From contig CAWBOS010000006.1 in the NCBI GenBank assembly GCA_963790475.1, positions 64,001 to 128,000 of the forward strand: DNA of 64,000 nucleotides, given 5' to 3'. Under the pieces are notes generated by a model. The model ran no database searches and was not told the origin of the DNA. It saw only the letters and a program-made list of their open reading frames with translations. This DNA comes from an uncultured delta proteobacterium. Its GTDB lineage: Bacteria; Desulfobacterota; RBG-13-43-22. Of this stretch, positions 21,978 through 32,633 are shown in pieces; the first letter of the stretch is position 1, and each line of letters opens with the position of its first letter. The position numbers and the translations under genes are program-made.

Positions 21978-23108
21978 TCAGGACAACAAAATCTGAGCCA
22001 ACTGTTGTTTGTGATAGGCCGGTTCACCCAGAAAATTATAAAGGTAACGGGAAGTCCGTGTGTGTAGGGCCAAAGGGTGCTCCATGGAATAACTGATGCC
22101 GCTTATGGCCCGATGTGCCATATTGCAGGCCTGAAAATAAGCCTCACTGGCCACGGCCTTGGCCAAATGAACACTCTTCGGGACCAAGCCCTGGACATCC
22201 AGTTTCCACAAGGCTTCATAGGTGGTCCAGCGGGCGGCGTCAACCTGATTGACGATTTCAATAATCAAATCCTGGACACGCTGAAAACGGCCTATGGTCT
22301 GTCCGAACTGAATCCTGACCCGGCTGTAATCCACGGCGATATCGAAAACAGCCTGGCAACCGCCGACTTTATAGGCACAAAGAACAGGAATGGAACTCTG
22401 GATGCCTTTGATTAAAGGGATCCAGCCGGTATCCTTTTTCCCTAATAAAGCCGAAGGAGGCAACTTGACATTGTCAAATTTCACTTCAAAGTTTCTGCCG
22501 ATTAAATATCCGGGTAATTTTCGTATCGAAACCCCCCCCGCTTTTTTATCCACTAAAAAAAGCGAAATGATATCGCTGTCATCTCCGGTGCGAAGCGGAA
22601 CAATAAAGTGTGTGGCCGACAAGGCATCTTGAACAAACAGCTTGACCCCGCTCAGAACAAAATCTCCGTTTTTTTCTTCAGGTCTGATTTTTATGGATCC
22701 GGAATTCCACCCATACTCCGCTTCGGTCATGGCCAGGGCCAATACTATTGATCCATCGGCAACCTGAGGTAAAATTTCTTTTTTTTGCTCATCCGTTCCG
22801 GCTTCCTGGACGATCAGACTCCCCAAAATTCCTGAGGAAAAATAAGGGCCGGGAAGAGGCCCGGTTCCCAGGGCCTCAAACAGGACCCCGGCGGTAGTCA
22901 GGGGATAGCCTGTCCCCCCAAACTCTTCCGGTATAACGATTCCCAGCCAACCCATATCGGCAACTTTTTTCCAAATAACCTCATTGAACCCGGTATCGGA
23001 ATCATGGAGAGCCATCAGCGTTTCCTTGGATATATCCCGTTTCATAAAATTGATGGCTGCAGTTTTAAGTATCTCTTCACTTTCGGTAAGCCTAATATCC
23101 AAATTCAT
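21978..23108 (-). CDS. Acyl-CoA dehydrogenase family (probable non-catalytic partner subunit)
   Basis: GWLGI.IPEEFGG, ALAMTE, LSGVKLFV, R.QFGQ.IGRFQ. Confidence 0.88.
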   Translation of the reverse strand: MNLDIRLTESEEILKTAAINFMKRDISKETLMALHDSDTGFNEVIWKKVADMGWLGIVIPEEFGGTGYPLTTAGVLFEALGTGPLPGPYFSSGILGSLIVQEAGTDEQKKEILPQVADGSIVLALAMTEAEYGWNSGSIKIRPEEKNGDFVLSGVKLFVQDALSATHFIVPLRTGDDSDIISLFLVDKKAGGVSIRKLPGYLIGRNFEVKFDNVKLPPSALLGKKDTGWIPLIKGIQSSIPVLCAYKVGGCQAVFDIAVDYSRVRIQFGQTIGRFQRVQDLIIEIVNQVDAARWTTYEALWKLDVQGLVPKSVHLAKAVASEAYFQACNMAHRAISGISYSMEHPLALHTRTSRYLYNFLGEPAYHKQQLAQILLS

Positions 23109-23237
23109 GGGTAATCTCCTTAGAAAAAATTGTTATGGTTAATCCCCTTCTCCTATTGATGAGGGCATCATAAATCATGAAAATTTGATTTGCCGAACTC
23201 TTGAAAGAAAAAGGGCATTTTCATGTCCATATTTTGG

Positions 23238-24494
23238 CTATCTTCCAATCCGCAGCGCCCTGGAGATAACGATTTTCAAGGCCTCCGGGGTGCCACCAGG
23301 GGCAATACATAGGCCGCTTCGTTCACAAACTTCAAAAAGGCCTTCCTCCAGAATGAGCTGATCGTCGTTGGTCAGGGCTTGGGGACCAAGAATCCTGGAT
23401 AGATAGGCGGTCATATTCAAACCCAACATTTTGGTAAACAGGGCGGTTTGGGGTCCGGCATAGGCGGCGCGTTTTCCTGCTCTGGGCAAGGCGGCGTTTC
23501 GCATATGAAAAAGCCGCTCTATCTCTCCTCCGATAAAGGTTTCAACCATGTCTCCTTGGAGCATGGGGTTTTGCAGCAGACGGTTTTTTATAACCGGATT
23601 GTTTTTACACTGGTCAAGCAATTTATCTACCATATGATTACGTGGAATAAAGGCGGCTCCGGTGCCGGCACGATCGGTATCTCTATCCCCATGTTCAACG
23701 GTTAAGGTGGCTGTGGTAACCTTCCAGCCGTCATTGTCCCCGCCGATCAAAAAGGAGTCAGGAATTTTAACGTCATCAAAAAAAACGGAATGTTTAACCC
23801 CCGGCGCGCTGTCCGCAGTTTGATAACAGACCTGACCGATAGTGCCCTCGGGAAAAAGGTCCAGTGGGAAAATTTGAACTCCCGCCAGATTAGCCGGGGC
23901 CAGAAACATAGCCAGATTCTGATGGCGGGGAGCCTCCATACTACTTCGGGTCAGGAGCAAAAATTGATCGGGTGGGGCGTAAAGGCCCCCGACAAATATT
24001 TTATTGCCGTTAACAACGAAATATTCTTTTTCCTTGACCGATCGCAGGGCGTTGGTCTGTTGGTTGGCCTCGTCCGTCCCGGCCTCCGGTTCGGTAAAAA
24101 GCTGCCAGGTGACGGCTTCTCCTTTTAGAATGGGGGGCAGTAAACGTTTCTTTTGCTCTTCTGTGGCACAGGCCATAAGGGTAGGGGCAGCGAGTTTCCC
24201 TGAGTCGTAAAGGGGTGGCAAGCTCAACCCTATTTCGGCCATTTCTTTATTCAGAACTGCCGATTTATCTCCCCCAAGGCCTCCTCCTCCGTATTCACTG
24301 GGAAATATAGGATAGAGCCACCCTTTTTGGCCAAGTTTGCGGCATAGATTGCGGCGCATTTCCCACTGTTCGCGGCTCATCTTAAAAATGCTCCGCGGTC
24401 TGACGAGGTCCTTAGGGACGTTCTCCTCCAGCCAGGCGCGAACTTCTTTGGCGAATGCTTCCTGTTCCGCATTGTATTTGTTGGAAAAGTCCAT
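23238..24494 (-). CDS. Acyl-CoA dehydrogenase family (FadE26-like subunit)
   Basis: WQLFTEPEAGTD, NGNKIF, VFFDDV, GWKV, LTVEH, GGTPE; start at MDFSNKY. Confidence 0.88.
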   Translation of the reverse strand: MDFSNKYNAEQEAFAKEVRAWLEENVPKDLVRPRSIFKMSREQWEMRRNLCRKLGQKGWLYPIFPSEYGGGGLGGDKSAVLNKEMAEIGLSLPPLYDSGKLAAPTLMACATEEQKKRLLPPILKGEAVTWQLFTEPEAGTDEANQQTNALRSVKEKEYFVVNGNKIFVGGLYAPPDQFLLLTRSSMEAPRHQNLAMFLAPANLAGVQIFPLDLFPEGTIGQVCYQTADSAPGVKHSVFFDDVKIPDSFLIGGDNDGWKVTTATLTVEHGDRDTDRAGTGAAFIPRNHMVDKLLDQCKNNPVIKNRLLQNPMLQGDMVETFIGGEIERLFHMRNAALPRAGKRAAYAGPQTALFTKMLGLNMTAYLSRILGPQALTNDDQLILEEGLFEVCERSGLCIAPGGTPEALKIVISRALRIGR

Positions 24495-24760
24495 AATGTA
24501 ATCCTTTCGTTTTTTTTGGGGTTCTGGGCTATCGGATCCCGGTGCCAAATGGAGTCCGATCATCACATAAAATAAGTTCTCTTTATTTCACAAATTTAGA
24601 TCATTTAGAATCGTTACAAAACTCTGTTAATGAAGTCAATATTTATTTATCCGCAGGAAGTCTATTTATCTTTTGGTTTGACAAGTCGATACTAACAAGA
24701 TATTTCAGAAATTGTCAAAAATATCAAGGAGAGTCAAAAAAGATTCTGGAGGGAATTAGG

Positions 24761-25885
24761 ATGGCAACCCAACTATTTGAACCGATCAAAATAAATAAAT
24801 TGAAAATCAAGAACCGCCTGATGCGCTCAGCTACCTGGGATGGGAGTGCGGACGAGTCCGGCGGGATAACGGACCAATCTATCCGCATATACCAACAACT
24901 GGGACAAGGGGACATCGGGCTCATTGTTACCGGTTACGCCTTTGTTTCTCATCCGCTGGGACAGGCCAATCCTGGGCAGTACGGAATATACAACGATCAG
25001 CTCCTGCCCGGTTGGAAACACCTGGTAAAAACAGTACATGAAAGCGGCGAGAGCAAGATTGCCATGCAGATCGTCCATGCCGGGATCAATTCCCCCTACC
25101 TGTTAAGGAAAGGCTATACCCTGCTATCGGTATCAAGAAAACCGGAATTGAGCCGCCCCCATCAGGAGATGTCTGAGAAAGAGATCAAGGGGATAATCAA
25201 AGACTTCGCCGATGCGGCGGTACGGGTCCGGGAGGCGGGCTTTGATGCCGTCCAGATCCACGGCGCACACGGCTATTTATTGAGCCAGTTCGTTTCCCCG
25301 ATTTTCAACCAAAGGACCGACCGCTGGGGGGGCAGTCCTGAGAACCGCCGTCGTTTTCATTTGGAGGTTATCCGGAGAATCCGGAAAGCGGTGGGAAATG
25401 ATTATCCGGTATTGATTAAATTCGGGGCGGAGGATAACCAGGAAGGCGGCATGCCCTTTTCCGAAGGTCTGGAGACTTGCCGTCAGATGGAAAAAGCGGG
25501 GATAGACAGTATCGAAATCAGCACCGGTGTGGGGGAAGGCTCTGGGGCGATTAGCAAAAGTGAATTGAAAAAAGGTGCGGTCGACAAGGTCCTTTTCCGG
25601 CAGAACGCGGCGGCGGTAAAAAAGGCCGTGGGCGTGCCGGTTGCGGTGGTCAACGGCATCCGCAGTCTGGAGAAGGCCCAGGAAATTATTGCCAGCAGTG
25701 ATGCCGATATGATTTCCCTGTGCCGCCCGTTTATCCGCGAGCCGCACTTGATTTCCCGCTGGCTGGCTGGAGATACCCGACCGGCGGCCTGCATCTCCTG
25801 TAACCTGTGTTTTCCGATCTTGAGACGGGGTGAGCCGCTGGAATGCGGAGAAGAAAGAAGGCAGAAGGAAAAAGGGAAGAAGTGA
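24761..25885 (+). CDS. NADH:flavin oxidoreductase (Old Yellow Enzyme family)
   Basis: NRLMRSAT, QIVHAG, GFDAVQIHGAHGYLLSQF, NQRTDRWGG, CISCNLC. Confidence 0.92.
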   Translation: MATQLFEPIKINKLKIKNRLMRSATWDGSADESGGITDQSIRIYQQLGQGDIGLIVTGYAFVSHPLGQANPGQYGIYNDQLLPGWKHLVKTVHESGESKIAMQIVHAGINSPYLLRKGYTLLSVSRKPELSRPHQEMSEKEIKGIIKDFADAAVRVREAGFDAVQIHGAHGYLLSQFVSPIFNQRTDRWGGSPENRRRFHLEVIRRIRKAVGNDYPVLIKFGAEDNQEGGMPFSEGLETCRQMEKAGIDSIEISTGVGEGSGAISKSELKKGAVDKVLFRQNAAAVKKAVGVPVAVVNGIRSLEKAQEIIASSDADMISLCRPFIREPHLISRWLAGDTRPAACISCNLCFPILRRGEPLECGEERRQKEKGKK

Positions 25886-26076
25886 TTCGGAGTCCAATGG
25901 TCAAAGGTAGGGATTGAATTTTGAATGTATAGGTGTTGAGCCATAGACGCTCGTTGGGTTCCGGTATCCGCCTGGCCAAGTCATACCGCGGACCTAAATC
26001 GTTCCGATATAATCCATAATCTGTCGGTTGAATAAACTCATCCTAAACCCGTCATTTGGGCGATCGGATGCGGTGA

Positions 26077-26763
26077 TTAGTCGGACGAATCGATGACTCC
26101 CTTCAGTTCAGAGAGCGATCTGATCGTAGGAATTCCTTCCTGACAATTTAAGCCGCTGCGGTTCAGCCATATCCCCCGTAGCCCGGCCGAGAGACTGCCT
26201 TGGGCATCTGCATTTAAACTGTCGCCGATATGCCAGGACTCTGAAGGACTAACTTTTGCGGCCCGACAGGCTTCAAGGAAGATTCTCGGATCTGGTTTTG
26301 CTATGCCGAGTTCCTCGGAGATTATGACTGTCGAAAATCGGTCCATAAGGCCCGTATGGATAAGCTTTCGTCTTTGCTGAAAGGCCTGGCCATTGGAGAT
26401 GATCCCCAGTCTGGTTCCCGCCAACTGGTCCAGACAAGATTCCACGTCAGAGAATAGGGTCCAATTCTTTTCATAGTAATCAAGGTAGGTTTCAAAGAGT
26501 GTATCTGCTTCTGCGTCGCTCAGAATAAGGTGATGGGCGAAGAGTTCCTTCAGCCGTTCTCGTCTTTGGCCTTGAAAAGACAACTCCCCCGACAGATACC
26601 GGCGTGTGTGCTTTTCCGTGGCCACTCGCCAACGGGTCGCAAACTCCTCGGGGGATACAGGAAAGACATCTTCGTGAAGCCGATGGAATTCCATAGCCGC
26701 TGTCCACTCCGCCCTTCGGTTATCAAGAAGTGTGTCGTCAATGTCGAAGAAGATCATCATCAA
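26077..26763 (-). CDS. HAD-superfamily hydrolase
   Basis: FFDIDDTL, ISNG, KPDPRIF, IGDS...D. Confidence 0.9.
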   Translation of the reverse strand: MMMIFFDIDDTLLDNRRAEWTAAMEFHRLHEDVFPVSPEEFATRWRVATEKHTRRYLSGELSFQGQRRERLKELFAHHLILSDAEADTLFETYLDYYEKNWTLFSDVESCLDQLAGTRLGIISNGQAFQQRRKLIHTGLMDRFSTVIISEELGIAKPDPRIFLEACRAAKVSPSESWHIGDSLNADAQGSLSAGLRGIWLNRSGLNCQEGIPTIRSLSELKGVIDSSD

Positions 26764-27362
26764 CTTTCAGGACACAAGGTCCTGGTTGAGCCGAAGCCTG
26801 CAGTTCGGGTGTTTGGCAACAAAGCTCGATTAAAGGACCTTATCCATTTTCCTTCAAGATTCTCGTGTCTTATCTGCTTTTCTCCAAAATGGTATTCAAC
26901 GGCCCGAAGAACACCTTCGTGACTTACCGCAAGGATGGGACCAGACCACGAGGACAAGCTGCATAGTCCTTGAAGAACTCTTTCCAAAAAATTGGGCCAG
27001 GCTTCTCCGCCAGGTATGTCGATGATCTGACCGGCTCGCCACCTATCCAAGAGACCTGGAAACCGAATGCCAATTTCTTGAGAGGTGAGGCCGCAGATAT
27101 CCCCGGATTGGCGTTCTTTCAACTCTGGAAGCGGGGGAGCCAAGTCAATTCCCAATTCACTGGCCATGATTGCCGCCGTTTCCCGTGCACGTCTAAGATC
27201 AGAACTGGTCACTGACCGGAAGCCCATTTCCTTCAATCTTGAACTGGCCTTTTGGGCCTGCCGACGTCCCAGGTCCGTCAGGGGCGGGTCTGCCTGTCCA
27301 GCCCACCTGTGCTCGTCATTCCATGTCGATTGACCATGCCGCACCAGATAGATTTCGGTCAT
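26760..27362 (-). CDS. Histidine phosphatase (phosphoglycerate mutase family)
   Basis: LVRHGQS, SSDLRRARET, SHEG. Confidence 0.9.
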   Translation of the reverse strand: MTEIYLVRHGQSTWNDEHRWAGQADPPLTDLGRRQAQKASSRLKEMGFRSVTSSDLRRARETAAIMASELGIDLAPPLPELKERQSGDICGLTSQEIGIRFPGLLDRWRAGQIIDIPGGEAWPNFLERVLQGLCSLSSWSGPILAVSHEGVLRAVEYHFGEKQIRHENLEGKWIRSFNRALLPNTRTAGFGSTRTLCPES

Positions 27363-28144
27363 TTGGTTACCAAACCGGTCAGCATCGATAATGATATGTC
27401 GACAGGAAAGAGGATTGTTTGGCCGGTTTTTCCAGCGTTGCGCAGGTCGGCTTCAATTTGGACTTTGCCCTTCGCGTACTCTTCCGAAGAAAGAAGAGTC
27501 AGTTGAGAGGTGAACTCCTTGGTCAAAGAAAGAACTTCGTCCCCGCGCTTATCGTTAAGAATATGTTCCCCTACTGACCATTGAATTTTTCCAAACCCGG
27601 TGGCAATCATCCAGTCAGTAATGGCCCCCGGGGAAGGATAGCGCTTTAGGTCCGCCTCACGGGTTCCCGGAAAATAGTCATAAATGAACCAACGGTCCTT
27701 CAAGGGGTGGGGATTCATGCCTATCACTGCCAGAACTCCATTCTCCTTAAGAACCTTATAAGCCTCCGCTATGAAGGCTGAAGGATATTTGAAGTGATGG
27801 AGGGCGTTGACACAATACACCATATCAAAACTATTGCTTTGGAATGGTAATAGACTCGCGTCTCCCTGAATGAGAGAGAATTTCCCCTTCTGTTCAACAG
27901 CCTTTCGAAGCATGCCAGGAGATGGGTCTAGGCCGACAACCCGGGCCTTATCCTGTAAAATGCCCAGCCAATGCCCGGTGCCGCAACCGACTTCAAGGAC
28001 TCTTTCGGCGTCCGTTTCATGAACGAGATTCAGCAGCTTTGAAGCAATCCCCTCCGGCCTGTAGGCACCACTTTTGTACCTCTCGTTGTAGCTGGCGGCT
28101 ACCTCGTCATAGTCGATGCCTTTCAGCGGCTTATCTTGCATCAT
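27359..28144 (-). CDS. Class I SAM-dependent methyltransferase
   Basis: VLEVGCGTG, GLDPS..ML, GDASLLPF, FD. Confidence 0.9.
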   Translation of the reverse strand: MMQDKPLKGIDYDEVAASYNERYKSGAYRPEGIASKLLNLVHETDAERVLEVGCGTGHWLGILQDKARVVGLDPSPGMLRKAVEQKGKFSLIQGDASLLPFQSNSFDMVYCVNALHHFKYPSAFIAEAYKVLKENGVLAVIGMNPHPLKDRWFIYDYFPGTREADLKRYPSPGAITDWMIATGFGKIQWSVGEHILNDKRGDEVLSLTKEFTSQLTLLSSEEYAKGKVQIEADLRNAGKTGQTILFPVDISLSMLTGLVTK

Positions 28145-28160
28145 GGTCACAAGATCCAAG

Positions 28161-28634
28161 CTAGCTGGAATAGGTTTTTTTGTGTTTTCGGGTTGAGAAT
28201 TTTGATCTCCTTTTTTTCTCAGTTTGTTGTTTTTTATAAAAAACTAAAAACTCTTTGGGGGAAAAGACTTTGGTACCTTGACATAGGTCGACGGGGAAAT
28301 GCTTTTGATTTCCTGTAACAAGACAAGTTGCCTGACTGGCTAGGGCAACTTCGAGAAATGGCTCATCGTCTGGATCAGGGAGCGAATGGTTCAAAGGGGA
28401 GGATGCAATTGTCTGGCCACGATATATAATATAATCAAGGAGAGAAGCCACCTTTTCTTCTTCAAACATAAACTTCGGTCTTCGCAAAACCTCATTGTAT
28501 TCCAACAGAATTCGAGCATCAAAAGAAAGCGTCAATTCGCCGGAGGAAATCATGCGGACAATTTCCCCACTAGCCCCGAAGGGTGATAAAAGACCCGCTA
28601 CCAGAACATTGGTGTCTATGACAAGGTCCATCAT
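28161..28634 (-). CDS. PIN-family toxin of a type II TA system
   Basis: VIDTNVLV, DPDDEPFLEVA, LVTGN.KHF; ATGA overlap with the antitoxin. Confidence 0.9.
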   Translation of the reverse strand: MMDLVIDTNVLVAGLLSPFGASGEIVRMISSGELTLSFDARILLEYNEVLRRPKFMFEEEKVASLLDYIIYRGQTIASSPLNHSLPDPDDEPFLEVALASQATCLVTGNQKHFPVDLCQGTKVFSPKEFLVFYKKQQTEKKRRSKFSTRKHKKTYSS

Positions 28635-28915
28635 TTATGTTTTTCACGAACTGATTTTATTTCGGCATTGATTTCATCCAACGAAATCTTGTCTGTTCCT
28701 TTCTCTACAGAACTCCGTTGGAGAGAAACAACGGCCTCAATAGCGCGGGCCCGGCGAAAGGCCGAGAGGGATTCCTCAAGATTCGCTTCAGTTATTGCCG
28801 CAAGAATGGCTATTGGCCGTCCATTGTTGGTAACAATCATCTCTCTTTCATCAGGAAGCTCTTTCCAGATTTGTGAGGATTTGCCTCTTAAATCGCGTAT
28901 GCTTAAAAATTTCAT
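28631..28915 (-). CDS. Phd/YefM-family antitoxin
   Basis: MKFLSIRDLR..IVTNNGRPIAIL; upstream of the PIN gene. Confidence 0.88.
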   Translation of the reverse strand: MKFLSIRDLRGKSSQIWKELPDEREMIVTNNGRPIAILAAITEANLEESLSAFRRARAIEAVVSLQRSSVEKGTDKISLDEINAEIKSVREKHK

Positions 28916-28928
28916 ATTTGTACCCCCC

Positions 28929-28972
28929 AATATGTGTCCCATATTATGTACACAAATGTCACCCAAAGTCAA
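28929..28972 (-). promoter_or_regulatory. TA promoter/operator
   Basis: TTGACT-18-CATAAT with an overlapping inverted repeat AATATG-GGACA-CATATT. Confidence 0.55.
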
Positions 28973-29469
28973 CCCTTTTTACCGAATCCCATTTCCCCTT
29001 CAATAAGAATGCAGTCGAAAAACCTTTCCAGATTGAATCGGCTGATCTTATTTCGCTGTTTATGAGCTTCACCGTTGGTCATAAGGGCCAAGGGAATATT
29101 TTTCGCGATCAAGTGTTCAAGAGTCTGTTCTGCTTTTTCAAATAGGTAAATCGCTTCCTCCCTTTGCGCAGAAAAGGCATCTGCAACTTCTCCGGCCAAA
29201 GCAAGATTTTTAATGCCCAAGTTCTGAAAGGCCTGGTTAACAATCAGCCTCCGGGCGAAGTTGAGATCCCGGCGGCCATGTTTGTGACGTTCTTTGTCAG
29301 ACCAATACCAGGAGCTTACTTCATGGATCGCCTGGAAAAGATTGTCCGGAGTAACAGAATCCATTCGGTCGGTAAAGTCTGCACAAATCCTTCTCCAGAT
29401 CGGTTCGGCGACCGGCGAATAGGCGATGATCGTGTCATCCAAGTCAAAGAGTATACCTTTGGGCAACAT
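28969..29469 (-). pseudogene. C-terminally truncated HAD hydrolase
   Basis: LFDLDDT and MTNG present; ends at IEGEMGFGK just before the KP and GD motifs; stop codon lies inside the TA -35 box. Confidence 0.75.
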
Positions 29470-29564
29470 ATTCTATCCTTTTTTTGATATTGACAGAGGA
29501 TAAAGATGCGGCTATCATTCGTCAAATTAATAATTATTATAATATTTATTAGTAGGACAAATAT

Positions 29565-30458
29565 ATGGATTTTACCTTTGAACAAATCAATTCCTTTTAT
29601 GCCGTGGCCACTACGGGAAGTTTTTCAAACGCTGCCGAAAAGATCTTCCGGACCCAGTCGGCTGTCAGTATTCAGGTAGCCCGGCTGGAAGAGACCATCG
29701 GCCGGCGGTTGATTCACCGGACCACTAAAAGCATCGAGCTGACCGAAGCGGGAAAAGTCTTTTTGGGTTATGTGGAAAAGATTCGGGGCCTTTTGGCCGA
29801 AGCCCAACAGGAGTTGCTTGATCTGGAGAAAATGGAACGGGGCCGGCTGACCATCTCCACCTCGGATACAACAGCCTGTTACCTGCTGCCGGGAATCCTG
29901 CAAACCTATAAGGACCAATATCCGGGGATTGAGATTGTCGTCCGAAATTCAACCTCGCTTCAGACCATCGAAAAGGTCATGCACAATGAAGTGGATATCG
30001 GCATTGCCACCCTGGCCTATTTAAAGCCGGGTCTGGAGGCGATTCCGTTGTTTCCCAGGTTTGACGTGGTGATTTGCCACCCGGATCATCCCCTGGCCCA
30101 TCGAAAGCAGGTTTTTCTAAAGGATGTGGAAAAGCATCTCTGCGTTCTGCTGGATGACCATTGTTCGTCTCGGAGGATTCTGGATCAGGCTTGTCTGGCG
30201 GCGGGGGTGAAACTAACTATTGCTATGGAACTCAGCTCCATTGAGGTAATCAAGAACCTGGTTATGATCAAATCCGGGATCTCCATCGTCCCGGAGGTGG
30301 CCATCCGAAAAGAGGTCCAGGCCGGCTCGCTGTCCGCCATAAAAATAAAGGATTTTAAGCCGAACCGCACCATCCAAGTGGGAGTGATCTATAAGAAGAA
30401 CCGTTATCTTTCCCTGGCCGCCCAAAGTTTCCTGAAACAATTGAAGCCGGAAAAATAG
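29565..30458 (+). CDS. LysR-family transcriptional regulator
   Basis: GSFSNAAEKIFRTQSAVSIQVARLE HTH, LTEAG, 297 aa. Confidence 0.95.
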   Translation: MDFTFEQINSFYAVATTGSFSNAAEKIFRTQSAVSIQVARLEETIGRRLIHRTTKSIELTEAGKVFLGYVEKIRGLLAEAQQELLDLEKMERGRLTISTSDTTACYLLPGILQTYKDQYPGIEIVVRNSTSLQTIEKVMHNEVDIGIATLAYLKPGLEAIPLFPRFDVVICHPDHPLAHRKQVFLKDVEKHLCVLLDDHCSSRRILDQACLAAGVKLTIAMELSSIEVIKNLVMIKSGISIVPEVAIRKEVQAGSLSAIKIKDFKPNRTIQVGVIYKKNRYLSLAAQSFLKQLKPEK

Positions 30459-30670
30459 CCTTTAAAAAGGGGACCGAAAAACCAGGCCTTGGTTCTGAGT
30501 CGCCTTTTACATTTTGGGGAATAATGGTCTAATAGGCGGATAGATAAAATTGAAAAATTGAGTTAGGCGTGGTAATTATTAAGCTAAAGATTTTTCTTGT
30601 TGTTTATCCTTCGAGATAGTTTGAAATAGAAAATATAGAAAGTTGATTTTAAGAAAGGGGTTTTGTAATT

Positions 30671-31621
30671 ATGGCTAAAGTCAATACTGTTCTTGGACCA
30701 ATGAATACCGAAGACCTCGGATTTACCCTGATGCACGAGCACCTGCTCTGCGCCTTTCCTAATGCCTACCGGGAATACCCTGATATTCTGGTCCCCAATG
30801 TTTTGGAATACGTCGTGACCAGGCTGAAACAGGCTAAAGCGGAAGGGGTGGATACGGTGGTGGATATGACCACCCTTGACCTGGGCCGGGATATCCTTTT
30901 CATAAGAGAAGCGGCAAAGCAAAGCGGAGTCAATATCATCGCCTGCACCGGGTGGTGGCAGGATGTCCCCCGTTTTGTCAGCGGCATCATGGGCAGTGTC
31001 ACCGCCGCCCAGATGGCGGAGTCGTTTGTCCGCGAGATTGATAAGGGCATCGGGGATACGGGTATCAAGCCGGGGGTGCTGAAATCGGCGAGCGACGTCG
31101 GCGGTGTGACGCCACCGCAGGAGATCACCCTGCGGGCTGTGGCCAAGGCCCATCTCAAAACCGGGGTGCCTATCGCCATTCATTCCTATCATCCGGGACA
31201 AGTGGCCAAACAGCAGCTCGATATTCTCAAGGATGAGGGCGTCAACCTGAAATATGTCAAGGTGGACCACTGCAACGACACCACCGATATCGAATACCTG
31301 ATCTGGATTTTAAATCAGGGGTGCACCATGGGTTTGGACCGCTATCCGGGCCGCCTGGTCAGCCCCCTGGCCCGTACCAAAACCCTAAAGGCGCTGATGG
31401 AGGCCGGTTTTAGCGATAAGCTCTGTCCGTCCCACGATTGTCTTTTGGCTTATGTCCTGCCCGAGGGATTTACAACCGAACAGTTCGAATTCTTGAACCC
31501 CCACCGGATTCTTTATTTGAAGAAGGTGGTCTTCCCCTGGCTGAAGGAAATGGGAGTGGCGGATGAAAAAATCAATCAACTGTGTATCACCGGACCCAGG
31601 AATTTTTTGGAAGGGAAGTAA
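30671..31621 (+). CDS. Phosphotriesterase-family amidohydrolase
   Basis: TLMHEH, LGRD, ACTG, carboxylated-Lys region LKSA, IH, DH, SHD. Confidence 0.92.
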   Translation: MAKVNTVLGPMNTEDLGFTLMHEHLLCAFPNAYREYPDILVPNVLEYVVTRLKQAKAEGVDTVVDMTTLDLGRDILFIREAAKQSGVNIIACTGWWQDVPRFVSGIMGSVTAAQMAESFVREIDKGIGDTGIKPGVLKSASDVGGVTPPQEITLRAVAKAHLKTGVPIAIHSYHPGQVAKQQLDILKDEGVNLKYVKVDHCNDTTDIEYLIWILNQGCTMGLDRYPGRLVSPLARTKTLKALMEAGFSDKLCPSHDCLLAYVLPEGFTTEQFEFLNPHRILYLKKVVFPWLKEMGVADEKINQLCITGPRNFLEGK

Positions 31622-31794
31622 GAATGGTCCCTATGCCTTCAGAGATATGACATCGACCCGGTCGGCATAGCGGGCTGCTACACCAGTATCCTCGGAGAGG
31701 ACTAAATTTTTATTGAAAAAATATTTATATTAGTATTGTCCGCAAAGGGATGAGCGGTTCAGGCACATCCCCTTGCGGTGTTTACCGATATCGA

Positions 31795-32430
31795 TTAATA
31801 CCCCATCTTTTTCTTCAGTTCCTGATCGATCCAGATACGGGAAATAATCGGAGAAGCCCGGTGGGCACCGACTCGAATCTCCCCGTAATAATTCTTAACC
31901 CAGGGCCACCAGGCGGCATAGGTATAAGCGGTGGGCAGAATTACGCAAGGGACCTGTTCCATGATATACACAGAAAGTTTTTTCATGGCCTCAAAAGCCT
32001 GCTTGTCGGTCAGTTTGGGTTTTCCACCGTGTCCTGCCAGGTCTTGTCCACATAGGGAATACTCATTATGTGCAGATTCCAGGTCTGCCCGGTGAGGAAG
32101 TTCTTCCGGATAGCGGAGAAAGGACCCCCGTGATCATTGGAGAAAAAATACCCTTCGGAGTTATTCTTTCTGGTCATCCGGCTCAGATGGGAAGGGTAAT
32201 CCATGGGATCCAGCACCAGGGTGACTCCGATCTTGGCCAAATAGGCCACCATCATTGCGGCCTGACCAGCAGCCGCATGGTCGAGGCCCGCAGGTCGTCC
32301 GTCGTCCGCACTTATCTGTTCTCCCGGGTGGCAATCGTCGACCCGGGTAATCCGGGAACAGGCGATGCCGAATTGCAAGGCCACAACCAAGATGATCTGC
32401 CACATCCCCGGCCAATGGTGGATAAGGCCA
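31795..32430 (-). pseudogene. Chimeric relic of a paralogous ABC operon: permease fragment fused to the C-terminus of a solute-binding protein
   Basis: 32262-32430 resembles permease 36713-37645 (WQIILV.ALQFGIA.SRI); 31795-32260 closely resembles the end of SBP 34716-36440; frameshifted. Confidence 0.85.
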
Positions 32431-32633
32431 TAAAGAGAGATTATTTTTAGATTAGATCCTTTTGGATAATATGATGTTAGTAAAACTAATATCTATTTCG
32501 TACCTAAAAAAAGTCAAGGGGAAAAAAGATTAGATTTCTTGCTTAAAGAAATCCCTCGTTGGGCATAAAGAAAAGGAGAGTAATACACAAAACAGGGAAA
32601 GAGGTAAAAAAAGATGGAAAAATAAAGCCTCCC

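Noticed and set aside
25886-27362. Integron-cassette (attC-like) ends around the HAD and phosphatase genes
   Set aside because: No convincing RYYYAAC/GTTRRRY pair with an internal stem, the genes overlap, and there is no integrase
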